Shown: positions 18,782 through 26,595, numbered from the stretch's first letter. The stretch is 64,000 nt of DNA from Acetobacteraceae bacterium (GCA_036489395.1 DASXFW010000086.1:9333-73332), one strand, 5' to 3'. The notes: generated by a model not told the origin, from the letters alone. Numbers and translations are program-made.

Positions 18782-18880
18782 GTCTCCCCCTCCCCTTGAG
18801 GGAGGGGGTCAGGGGGAGGGGTGCCCGCGGCCCGCGAAGTTCACCCCTCCCCCCCAACCCCTCCCTCAAGGGGAGGGGGA
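18782..18880. repeat. RepC palindrome between convergent genes (possible bidirectional terminator)
   Basis: The sequence is gtctccccctccccttgagggagggggtcagggggaggggtgcc...tcacccctcccccccaacccctccctcaaggggagggggag. It fills most of the 119-bp gap between the stops at 18778 (+) and 18898 (-). Confidence 0.85.
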
Positions 18881-18897
18881 GTATTTTGTGCCTCGTT

Positions 18898-20070
18898 CTA
18901 CAGCCCGGCTTGTTCCAGCCGCAGGATCGCCCTCGCACAGGCCTGGGCGCGCGGCACCAGGCTGTCGATCCGCAGGAATTCGTCCGGACTGTGTGCCTTG
19001 CCGCCGACCGGACCGACCGCGCAGATGGTTGGCGCACCGACCCCGGCCGTGAAACCGGAATCCGCACAGCCGCCGGTGAACTCGCCGTCTGTCTGGAACC
19101 CGGTGTCCGCCGCCGCGGCCACATAGATCTCGAACAACCGTTTGGCGGTGGGCGTCTGCGTCAGCGGCAGGAACTCGCCCTTGATCGTCAGCTCCGTCCT
19201 GGTGCCGGGGACGTAGCTGCGCTCGATGATCGCGCCGATGCGCGCCATGATGTCGTCCTTGTCCTCCGGCTGCACGTAGCGGAGGTCGATCTGCCCCTCG
19301 GCCCAGGGCGCGACGGTGTTGACGCTCTGCCCGCCGCCGACCAGGCCGACGTTCAGTGTGATGCCGCGTTCCAGGTCGGTCAGCGCGTGGATCGCCTGGA
19401 TCTTGCGGGCGAGTTCCTCGATGGCGCTGATGCCGTCGGTGAACGCGCCGCCGGAATGCGCCGCCTTGCCGGTGATGCGGAAGGCCGAGAACACGCCGCC
19501 CTTGCGCCCGGTCACCACGTTGCCGGAGACGCGGCCGGGTTCGCTGTTGAACACGGCGCGGGCGCGGCGGGCCTCGTTCTCGATCACCGCGCGGCCTTCG
19601 GGGCTGCCGATCTCCTCGTCGCCGGTGAACAAGCCGAGCAGGGGAGCGGGCGAGCCGCCGAATTTGGCAAAGGCGGCGAGGACGAAGCAGTTCATCACCA
19701 GCCCCGCCTTCATGTCGGCCACGCCGGGGCCATAGGCGACGCCGTCACGGATCGTGAATGGGCGGCGCGATGCCTCGCCGTCGGGAAAGACGGTGTCGCG
19801 ATGCCCCATCAGCATGACGTGGCCGCCGGCATTGCCGGCCGGCCCGTCCCAGGGGACGGAGGCGCGCAGGCAGTCGCCGTGCTTCTGCTGGCGCAGCGTC
19901 TCAACCGGAATGCCCTGTGCGGCCATGAAGCGCTGCACCACCGCGCCGACCGCGTCGATGCCGGGCTTGTTGTAACTGCCGCTGTCGGTATCGACCATTT
20001 CGCGCAGCATCGCGACCATCGCGCTTTGCTGGGTGGCGAGCCAAGCGGTGATGTCGGCTTCGGTGCTCAT
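18898..20070 (-). CDS. M20-family metallopeptidase (carboxypeptidase G2 / glutamate carboxypeptidase-like)
   Basis: ORF 18898..20124 trimmed to MSTEADITAWL... at 20070. Motifs: LMGHRDTVF, GPGVADMKAG, FTGDEEIGSPEG. Confidence 0.85.
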   Translation of the reverse strand: MSTEADITAWLATQQSAMVAMLREMVDTDSGSYNKPGIDAVGAVVQRFMAAQGIPVETLRQQKHGDCLRASVPWDGPAGNAGGHVMLMGHRDTVFPDGEASRRPFTIRDGVAYGPGVADMKAGLVMNCFVLAAFAKFGGSPAPLLGLFTGDEEIGSPEGRAVIENEARRARAVFNSEPGRVSGNVVTGRKGGVFSAFRITGKAAHSGGAFTDGISAIEELARKIQAIHALTDLERGITLNVGLVGGGQSVNTVAPWAEGQIDLRYVQPEDKDDIMARIGAIIERSYVPGTRTELTIKGEFLPLTQTPTAKRLFEIYVAAAADTGFQTDGEFTGGCADSGFTAGVGAPTICAVGPVGGKAHSPDEFLRIDSLVPRAQACARAILRLEQAGL

Positions 20071-20488
20071 GGTCCTGTCTCCGGGCGCGGTCGTGGCCGG
20101 CGGGTAACAGAACCGGGCGGCCAATGCCAGCTTGCCGGCCGGTCGTGGCGGGTCAGTCGCGCGGTCAATAACATTGTTTTGTTACGTACCGGCGGTGCCA
20201 GGAGGCAACCGTTCGTCAACCCGTCCTATAGTGACGGCTGGGGAAGCCGCTGGCGCCCTGCTGGGAAAGCCCCGGCAAGGCGCCGGACGAACCTGGAGCG
20301 TGACAGCGGCGATAACACGATGAGGTGAACATGTCAGTATTAACGAAAGGCAACGCGGTATTAGTGGCTCATCCGACCTCAATGATTTGCAAAAAAGTTC
20401 TCACGGTCAAGCGCCACCGAGCTGAGTCTCAGACTGAGGAACGGGTCTCCATGGGAGGAGCAAAAATGGCCGGAAGAACGGCAGATAT

Positions 20489-20534
20489 TTCCGAACTACA
20501 ACAGGATTCCGAATTGACGGTAAGATAACGTCAA
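20489..20534 (+). promoter_or_regulatory. Motif cluster in the AT-rich leader: direct repeat TTCCGAA (20489-20495, 20507-20513) abutting the dyad TTGACG-N9-CGTCAA (20514-20534)
   Basis: Read directly from tttccgaactacaacaggattccgaattgacggtaagataacgtcaaatg. It lies about 115-160 nt upstream of the peptide ATG. I cannot define a convincing -10 element. Confidence 0.25.
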
Positions 20535-20580
20535 ATGAACGATAAAAAATCCTCAACATGGAATCATTGTCCTCACACAA

Positions 20581-20602
20581 GCGAGAGGGATGGTTCTCTC
20601 GC
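20581..20602 (+). promoter_or_regulatory. 7-bp-stem hairpin/dyad in the leader of the repeat-peptide gene
   Basis: The sequence is gcgagag-ggatggtt-ctctcgc, ending 48 nt upstream of the ATG at 20650. Confidence 0.3.
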
Positions 20603-20649
20603 AATGTAAGAAACCAGACGCAAGTTACTCGAAGGAAGGGATCCGAACA

Positions 20650-20922
20650 ATGCTTCAGTCAAACTCCTCAGTAGTTGTGAGCACCGTGCGCCTGGGCGGC
20701 CTCGCCCCGACCCTGAAGCCGGCGGTTAGCACCGTGCGCCTGGGCGGCCTCGCCCCGACCCTGAAGCCGGCGGCCAGCACCGTGCGCCTGGGCGGCCTCG
20801 CCCCGACCCTGAAGCCGGCGGTCAGCACTGTGCGCCTGGGCGGCCTCGCCCCGAGCCTGAAGCCGGCGGTCAGCACCGTTCGCCTGGGCGGCCTCGCCCC
20901 GACCCTGAAGCCGGCTCGCTGA
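20650..20922 (+). CDS. 90-aa tandem-repeat peptide: MLQSNSSVVV + 5 x (STVRLGGLAPTLKPAV-like 16-mer)
   Basis: This is the in-frame ATG inside ORF 20590..20922, with GAAGGAAGGG ending about 9 nt upstream. The differences between repeat copies are mostly synonymous in this frame (see findings). A stop and a hairpin follow. Confidence 0.55.
   Translation: MLQSNSSVVVSTVRLGGLAPTLKPAVSTVRLGGLAPTLKPAASTVRLGGLAPTLKPAVSTVRLGGLAPSLKPAVSTVRLGGLAPTLKPAR
20680..20919 (+). repeat. Tandem repeat, 5 x 48 bp, head-to-tail with no spacers
   Basis: The unit is agcaccgtgcgcctgggcggcctcgccccgaccctgaagccggcggtt. Copies lie at 20680, 20728, 20776, 20824 and 20872, each with at most 4 differences from copy 1. Confidence 0.97.
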
Positions 20923-20955
20923 TCTCAAATCAGCGTCAGACTTCGGCCAGAAGTG

Positions 20956-20982
20956 TTGGACCGGCGCTTTGCGCCGGTCCAA
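20956..20982 (+). terminator. GC-rich hairpin followed by a T-rich tract between the peptide gene and the next gene (attenuator/terminator candidate)
   Basis: The sequence is ttggaccggcgc-ttt-gcgccggtccaa, followed by gttgtttctg. It begins 34 nt after the TGA. Confidence 0.4.
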
Positions 20983-21010
20983 GTTGTTTCTGCCGTTGGG
21001 GAGGAACTCT

Positions 21011-21829
21011 TTGAGCACGATCGTCATGCCCGTAGCGACAGCGGCGCCTGAACTGACCAAGACGCCGCTGGTCACCTTCCACCGCTTCACAGCAGGTGCC
21101 CGCCTGCCGGAAAGAGCCGACCGGTCCGCCGCCGGCTCGTTGCCAACCCGTGCCTTCCGCTACTGTGTTCCATCGACCAGCGCCGCAGCCTACGGCTACT
21201 ATGTGTTCCCTCCAATCGGGTTCAGCGTGATCTGGGACGGCCACGAGATCATGTGGACATGGGATGGCGCCGCCGATTGGCTGCCGCTCACCAACACCCA
21301 GTTCCCCGGCTTCGATGAGGAGTTCCGCGCTGCGGCGCCCGAGGCGATTCAGGAGTGGGGGCCGCCTTTCCTTGCGGCGTTGCAGGAGCCTGGCCTGCTG
21401 CAGGTCTGGACCGGCCTCGTCGCTCGCACTGCGCCTGGCTGGAGTCTGCTTGTGCGCGCGCCGGCGAACCTGCCACGCAGCGGCGCCTACGAACTGTTTG
21501 AGGGCATCATCGAGACCGATCACTGGTTCGGTCCGCTGATCACTAACATGCGGCTGACCAAGACCGACGTGCCGATCGACTTCCGGGCCGACTTTCCGCT
21601 GCTGCAGGTCCAGCCGATCCCGCGTCACGTATACGACGACGCGGCGCTGAACAATTTCGCCATCGTGCCGGACCTCAGCCAGCTCCGTCAGGAGGATTGG
21701 GACTCCTACTATCAGACCGTCGTGCGTCCGCACCTTCAGGAGCATCGGCTGCGCGGGCAGTATGCGTCAGCGGCTCGCAAGCGGCGCGCCGCGGAGACCG
21801 GTGACAAGAGCGACAGCTCAGACGAGTGA
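21011..21829 (+). CDS. Uncharacterised 272-aa cytoplasmic protein (Trp-rich; possibly a DUF family, which I cannot verify)
   Basis: ORF 20969..21829. The TTG at 21011 sits 6 nt after GGGAGG; the alternative ATG is at 21026. Host-like codon usage is maintained over 270 codons. There is no signal peptide or TM segment. Distinctive strings: YYVFPPIGFSVIWDGHEIMWTWDGAADWLPL and TAPGWSLLVRAPANLPRSGAYELFEGIIETDHWFGPLITNMRL. Confidence 0.7.
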   Translation: MSTIVMPVATAAPELTKTPLVTFHRFTAGARLPERADRSAAGSLPTRAFRYCVPSTSAAAYGYYVFPPIGFSVIWDGHEIMWTWDGAADWLPLTNTQFPGFDEEFRAAAPEAIQEWGPPFLAALQEPGLLQVWTGLVARTAPGWSLLVRAPANLPRSGAYELFEGIIETDHWFGPLITNMRLTKTDVPIDFRADFPLLQVQPIPRHVYDDAALNNFAIVPDLSQLRQEDWDSYYQTVVRPHLQEHRLRGQYASAARKRRAAETGDKSDSSDE

Positions 21830-21830
21830 T

Positions 21831-24011
21831 CTACACTACGTCCGGCGTTTCGTAGCTCTCGACCGCCACTGCGGGTGCCAGAGCGGAGTTGCTGTCACGC
21901 TCCGGCACGCCGGCGAGACGCAGGCCTTCAGCGTACACCTCACGGTCCACGCGGCGAACGAAAGCTGTTGTCGCCAGGAACGACTCGATGGTGAAGTCTG
22001 GCTCGATCGCGAGGAGCCGGTTGCGCACTGTCGTCTGTTCCTGCGAGCGGCCGGCATGGCCGAGCGCTGCCAGGTACGGCTTGCAAGGTGCGGAGAACGA
22101 CGAGTTCATCTCGCTGACCGATCGCCCGATCACCACCGCTGACTCATAGTCTCGCTTCATCAGTGCCACGTTGATCAGCGTAGTGTCGTAGATGAACGCG
22201 TGCGGATCGAGCGGCGATAGCTTCTTGTAGCGGGTCACGCGACGTTCCGCTTCTTCCCAGTCACCCAGATAGCAGTAAGCGGCGCCGGACAGGTTCCAGG
22301 CCATCGCCAGGTTCGGATTGAGCGATAGCGCGCGTTCGTGCAGCGCGAGCGCCTCCTGCAGCCTGCGGTGCAGGAACGCACGCACATGGCCAGCGATTGT
22401 CAGTGCGCGCGCGTCGAATGGGTCGAGCACGATGGCGCGTTCTGCCAGAGCGCCAGCTTGTTCCATCGTCGCGCGTGGATCATCCGTCCAGCCCTGGCCG
22501 ACCAGGAAGACGTGCCAGTAGGCGTACCAGGCATAGGCGGAGGCGTAGTCCGGTTCCAACGCGATGGCATGCGCGAGATGCTCGCCTGCAAGCATGAACT
22601 GGCTGTGCTCCATGCGCCCGAGCAATGGAATGGCGCGCAGCATCAGATCGTAGGCGGTGGAATCGATCGGCGGGCGGGTGGCGCTGCGTTGCGCCTCGAT
22701 CAGCAGGATCTCCGGGTCGATCTGCGCGACCACTTCGGATGCGATCTCGTCCTGGAGCGACAGCAGATCGTTGGACTGGCGGTCGAAGCGGCGGGCCCAC
22801 ACCACCTGGCTGCCGGCGCGCAGATCGAGCAGGCGCACGGTGATGCGCAGCCGGTTGCGTACGCGCTGGATCGAGCCGTCCACCAGGAAGTCGATGCCGA
22901 ATGTGCGGCGGATCGCGGTCTCGTCGCGCGATTCGGCGGCGAACCGGCTGAGCGAGCTGGATGACACGACGAACATCCAGCGGAAGCGGGCGAGCGCGGT
23001 GGTGATCTCCTCGGCGAGGCCGGGGGCGAGATGCGCCTCTTCCTCGTTCACGCCGACAAGCTGCATCGGCATGACACCGACATGTGCGCCGCCGCGAGCG
23101 TTGCGCAGGTCCTGCTTGGGTTCCAGGACCGCCACGGGTTCGTCGATTGGCTCGGGGATCGGCGGCGCCGCGCGGTTCGCGGCGTCGGCCGATGAGGCTT
23201 GCTCAGGCTGCGGCTGCGATTGCGGGCGCACCGGAATGCGGCTGCCATAGGGGCCGCGAATCTCCGCCAGCAGCTTCTGCGTCTCCTGCGACGGCGCGGC
23301 ATCGAGCAGATCCGCCAACACGGCACGGCAGCGGTCGTAGGCCTGGATCGCCATGCCGCGTTCGCCGCGGGCGGCATGGGCGCGCATCAGCGCCCGCCAG
23401 GCGCCCTCATGCGCGCGGTCGATCTGCAACAGGCGCTGGGCGGCGGGGATGGCGGCTTCCGGCTCGGCCGAGTCGCGCAACAGCGCCTCGGCCACATTGC
23501 GGGCGCGATCGCGCAGCCGCTCGCGTTCCGTGGTCAGCCAGGCGTCGAACGTGGGGTCGATGCCGTCCAGATCCTCCAGCAGGTCGCCGTCCAGCAGGGA
23601 CAGCGAGGCGGGCTGGTCGGTGGTGGCGCGCATTACCTCCTCGACGTCCACCCAGACGATGCCGGGCTTCAGCGAGAGGTGGTCGCGGGTGACCTGGATG
23701 ATCTCGGCGCCGGCGGGGGCCAATGTTTCCAGGAGCCGATGAATTTCCTGCCGCAGCGAGGCCCTGGCTTGCTCCTCCGGGCGGCGGCTCCATAATAATT
23801 CCGCCAGCCGGCCGCGCAGCGCGGGGCGTGGATTGGACAGGGCGATGACGGCGAGCAGCGCTCGGGTCTTGCGCCCGGCGGGGAGAACGTTCTCGCTGGT
23901 GATCGTCCAGGCTTCCATCTGGCCGATCAGACGCAAGCGGAGCACCACCTGCCCCGAGGGGCTGGGCGGCGTGACGTTGGGAGTGGGCCGGGTGGTGGTG
24001 CCTGCCATCAT
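21831..24011 (-). CDS. SARP/BTAD-family transcriptional activator fused to a TPR-containing C-terminal region
   Basis: 726 aa. The N-terminal winged-helix region is LRLIGQMEAWT...GRKTRALLAVIALSNP...RLAELLWSRRPEEQARASLRQEIHRL. The BTAD region is ...AWRALMRAHAARGERGMAIQAYDRCRAVLADLLDAAPSQETQKLLAEI. The C-terminal half has TPR-like repeats (…ALALHERALSLNPNLAMAWNLSGAAYCYLGDWEEAE…). Its stop lies 1 nt from the stop of the convergent 272-aa gene. Confidence 0.85.
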   Translation of the reverse strand: MMAGTTTRPTPNVTPPSPSGQVVLRLRLIGQMEAWTITSENVLPAGRKTRALLAVIALSNPRPALRGRLAELLWSRRPEEQARASLRQEIHRLLETLAPAGAEIIQVTRDHLSLKPGIVWVDVEEVMRATTDQPASLSLLDGDLLEDLDGIDPTFDAWLTTERERLRDRARNVAEALLRDSAEPEAAIPAAQRLLQIDRAHEGAWRALMRAHAARGERGMAIQAYDRCRAVLADLLDAAPSQETQKLLAEIRGPYGSRIPVRPQSQPQPEQASSADAANRAAPPIPEPIDEPVAVLEPKQDLRNARGGAHVGVMPMQLVGVNEEEAHLAPGLAEEITTALARFRWMFVVSSSSLSRFAAESRDETAIRRTFGIDFLVDGSIQRVRNRLRITVRLLDLRAGSQVVWARRFDRQSNDLLSLQDEIASEVVAQIDPEILLIEAQRSATRPPIDSTAYDLMLRAIPLLGRMEHSQFMLAGEHLAHAIALEPDYASAYAWYAYWHVFLVGQGWTDDPRATMEQAGALAERAIVLDPFDARALTIAGHVRAFLHRRLQEALALHERALSLNPNLAMAWNLSGAAYCYLGDWEEAERRVTRYKKLSPLDPHAFIYDTTLINVALMKRDYESAVVIGRSVSEMNSSFSAPCKPYLAALGHAGRSQEQTTVRNRLLAIEPDFTIESFLATTAFVRRVDREVYAEGLRLAGVPERDSNSALAPAVAVESYETPDVV

Positions 24012-24081
24012 CGCGTCATCGTCGCTGCTGTCTCATCTGTATCGCAAATTGGATAAGCACGCCAAGACTTATAATCTCGTT

Positions 24082-25467
24082 TCATATCGCGGCTTCGGCG
24101 AAAATTTGACGCAGATCCTGGTTCCAGGGGCCGTGGAAGCGGTCCAGCCAGTGCTCCGCCTGGGTTGGACTACCTTCCACGATCGATTGGAGGGGACTCA
24201 GATAGACCGATTCATCGTGACCGGCGGTATCAAAGCGGGCCCGCGCTACGAGACCGTCACGCGCGATTGCCACAAGATCCCGTGATAATTCCCGCAGCGT
24301 ACCGTCCCGCCAGGGCAGGTTCGCCGCCAGCCCCTCGCGCGGGACGGCGGCACGCAGGGCCACCGCGTCGGCCCAGCCGGCGCCGCGAAGCAATGCCTCG
24401 GCGGCGGCCAGCGCTGCATTGTCGTACAGCAGGCCGACCCATAGGGCTGACTGCGCCAGCATCATTCCGGCGCTGCCGGCGTCGGCGCCGCGCATCTCCA
24501 GGAAGCGTTTCAGGCGGACATCGGTGAACACCGTGGTCATGTGGTCGGCGAAGTCGCCGACCGTGGCCTGAATGCCCGCCAGGCTGGGCAGGCGGCCCTG
24601 CATGAAGTCGCGGAAGCCGCTGCCGGCCACGTCGATATACTCGCCATCGCGATAGACGAAGTACATGGGCACCTCGTCGATCAGCCACCCGGCGTAGCGT
24701 TCGAAACCGAACCCGTCCTCGAACATCACCGGCGGAATGCCGGAGCGCGCGTTGTCGGTGTCGGTCCAGACATGCGCGCGGTAGGAGAGGAAGCCGTTCG
24801 GCCGGCCCTCGGTGAATGGCGAGTTGGCGAACAGCGCGGTGGCCAGCGGCTGCAGCAGCAGCGACAGGCGCAGCTTGCGCACCATGTCGGCTTCCGCGCC
24901 GTAGTCCAGGTTCACCTGCACCGTGCAGGTGCGGGTCATCATATCGAGGCCCATCGTGCCGACCAGCGGCATGTAGCGGCGCATGATGGCGTAGCGGCTC
25001 TTCGGCATCCACGGCATCTCGGCCCGGGTCGCCATGGGGTGGAAGCCGAGCGGCGCGAAGCCCATGCGCAGGTCGCGCGCCACGCTGCGCACCTGGTCGA
25101 AATGGGTTGCCAACTCGTCGCGCGTGTCGTGCAGCGTTGCTACCGGCGCACCGGACAGTTCGAGCTGTCCGGCAGGCTCGAGGGAGATCGCTGCGCCGCC
25201 CTGCTTCAGGCCGATGGTGTGGCCGTGGTCGTCGATCGGTGTCGCATCGTAGCGCTGCATGCCGGCCAGCATGTCGCGGATCGACGCGGGATGGCCGTCG
25301 GCCGGTTCGTACGGCGGCGTCTTCAGGTCGTTGTCACGAAACCCGAATTTCTCATGCTCTGTGCCGATGCGCCACTGATCGCGAGGCTTGCTGCCGGCGG
25401 CGATGTAATCGGCAAGCTGGCGAACCGACGTGATCGGAGTCGCGTCGGTGTCTCCGGGGTTGGACAT
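24082..25467 (-). CDS. gshA: Glutamate-cysteine ligase, plant/alphaproteobacterial type (GCS2)
   Basis: ORF 24082..25503 trimmed to MSNPGDTDA... at 25467. RIGTEHEKFGF and the overall length are typical of the plant-type GCL found in alphaproteobacteria. Confidence 0.9.
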   Translation of the reverse strand: MSNPGDTDATPITSVRQLADYIAAGSKPRDQWRIGTEHEKFGFRDNDLKTPPYEPADGHPASIRDMLAGMQRYDATPIDDHGHTIGLKQGGAAISLEPAGQLELSGAPVATLHDTRDELATHFDQVRSVARDLRMGFAPLGFHPMATRAEMPWMPKSRYAIMRRYMPLVGTMGLDMMTRTCTVQVNLDYGAEADMVRKLRLSLLLQPLATALFANSPFTEGRPNGFLSYRAHVWTDTDNARSGIPPVMFEDGFGFERYAGWLIDEVPMYFVYRDGEYIDVAGSGFRDFMQGRLPSLAGIQATVGDFADHMTTVFTDVRLKRFLEMRGADAGSAGMMLAQSALWVGLLYDNAALAAAEALLRGAGWADAVALRAAVPREGLAANLPWRDGTLRELSRDLVAIARDGLVARARFDTAGHDESVYLSPLQSIVEGSPTQAEHWLDRFHGPWNQDLRQIFAEAAI

Positions 25468-25504
25468 GTTCTTCCCAGGCGTCTCGGGTTCGTCGAACAG
25501 CAAG

Positions 25505-26212
25505 TTAGCCGGACAGTGGTGCCTGCAACAATGCCAGTCCGGCGAGGCAGGCGGTCTCGGCCCGGAGGATGCGCGGGCCGAGGCTCACTGGGGTTACAAG
25601 GGGATGGCGGCGGAGCGCTTCAACCTCCGCCGGGGTGAAACCGCCTTCCGGGCCGATGAGCAGTGCGGCGGGGCTTTGGGCGGGCCGAAGGTGCGGGGCG
25701 GCTTCGCGTTCGATGGCAGAGAACAAGCGGCGTTCCGCGGGCCAGGTGGCGAGCAGGTCGGCGAGCTTCGTCGCGGGATGCAGCGCGGGAATGGTCAGGC
25801 GCTCGCATTGCTCGGCGGCTTCAATAGCGATCGCGGCGAGGCGCGAGTCGTTCAGGCGGCCGGTGTTGGTGTGCTCCGTGATGACGGGGAGCAATGCAGC
25901 GGCGCCGAGTTCGGTCGCCTTCTGTATGACGAGATCGGTGGCGTCGCGCTTCAACAGGGCGAAGGCAAGCCAGATGTCGGCCTCGGGCGCTTGCGGGCGA
26001 AGCTGCGATTCGACGGTGAATTCGGCCTCCCCGCGGCGGAGGGTGGCGATGCGCGCGGCCCACTCGCCGTCGCGGCCATTGAAGAGGTGGACCAGGCTGC
26101 CGGCGTCGCGGCGCACGACGCGCCCGAGGTAGTGCGCCTGCATGCCGCTGCCGGCGACGCGGGCACCGAGGGTGAGGGGCGCGGTGACGAACAGGCGGGG
26201 GATGGTGGTCAT
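25505..26212 (-). CDS. rsmE: 16S rRNA (uracil1498-N3)-methyltransferase RsmE
   Basis: This is the real gene inside ORF 25505..26503, starting at MTTIPRLFV... (26212). It has a PUA-like N-terminus and the SPOUT motif LLIGPEGGFTPAEV...LGPRILRAETA. Confidence 0.9.
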   Translation of the reverse strand: MTTIPRLFVTAPLTLGARVAGSGMQAHYLGRVVRRDAGSLVHLFNGRDGEWAARIATLRRGEAEFTVESQLRPQAPEADIWLAFALLKRDATDLVIQKATELGAAALLPVITEHTNTGRLNDSRLAAIAIEAAEQCERLTIPALHPATKLADLLATWPAERRLFSAIEREAAPHLRPAQSPAALLIGPEGGFTPAEVEALRRHPLVTPVSLGPRILRAETACLAGLALLQAPLSG

Positions 26213-26595
26213 GCGAGTGGTGAGGCCGCAGGGTGACCGGTGGGCGAAGCGGGGTGGTCGTTGGGCGGCGCCTGTGTGGTGCGCGGCTGCGGTACTTGTA
26301 ACGCGGAGCACCGCTGAGAACCGCGGAGCACCGCGGAGGTTTTCGCTCCGGCCGAGTGACGCACACCACACGCGCACCGCGTTAAACCCGTCTCTGGGGT
26401 TCTTCGCGGTTCTCCGTGGTTGCGCGCGTCGATCAATGGGACCCTGCCAACCGCATCGCCGTCGCGGGGCGATCGCAGGGTCCGGGTAACGCGGCCGCAG
26501 CACGCCGCGGGGGATCGGCAGGTTCCTCGGTTCACGCCCTCGACATGGCGGCGATCCGCGGCGGCGGCAAGCGCCGTCGCGGCGCGAGCGATGCA

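Noticed and set aside
20125-20320. GC-rich 200-nt leader between the M20 gene and the AT-rich island: considered as a riboswitch or structured RNA
   Set aside because: I could not match it to any riboswitch core I can recall (TPP CUGAGA/ACCUGAUCUGGAUAAUGCC, cobalamin B12-box, SAM-II, glycine). It needs an Infernal/Rfam scan, with no claim made until then.
18796-20328. 510-aa plus-strand ORF
   Set aside because: It starts inside the RepC palindrome and runs antisense to the M20 peptidase gene.
20325-20528. 67-aa ORF in the AT-rich region upstream of the repeat peptide
   Set aside because: Its codon usage is very atypical (TTA, GTA, TCA, AAA). It has no SD and overlaps the symmetry motifs. 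It is more likely promoter or leader DNA. I cannot exclude a horizontally acquired small gene.
20680-20919. Possible CRISPR array, given the regular 48-bp periodicity
   Set aside because: The copies are contiguous with no unique spacers and the repeat has no internal dyad. No cas genes are present. It is a tandem repeat, interpreted here as coding.
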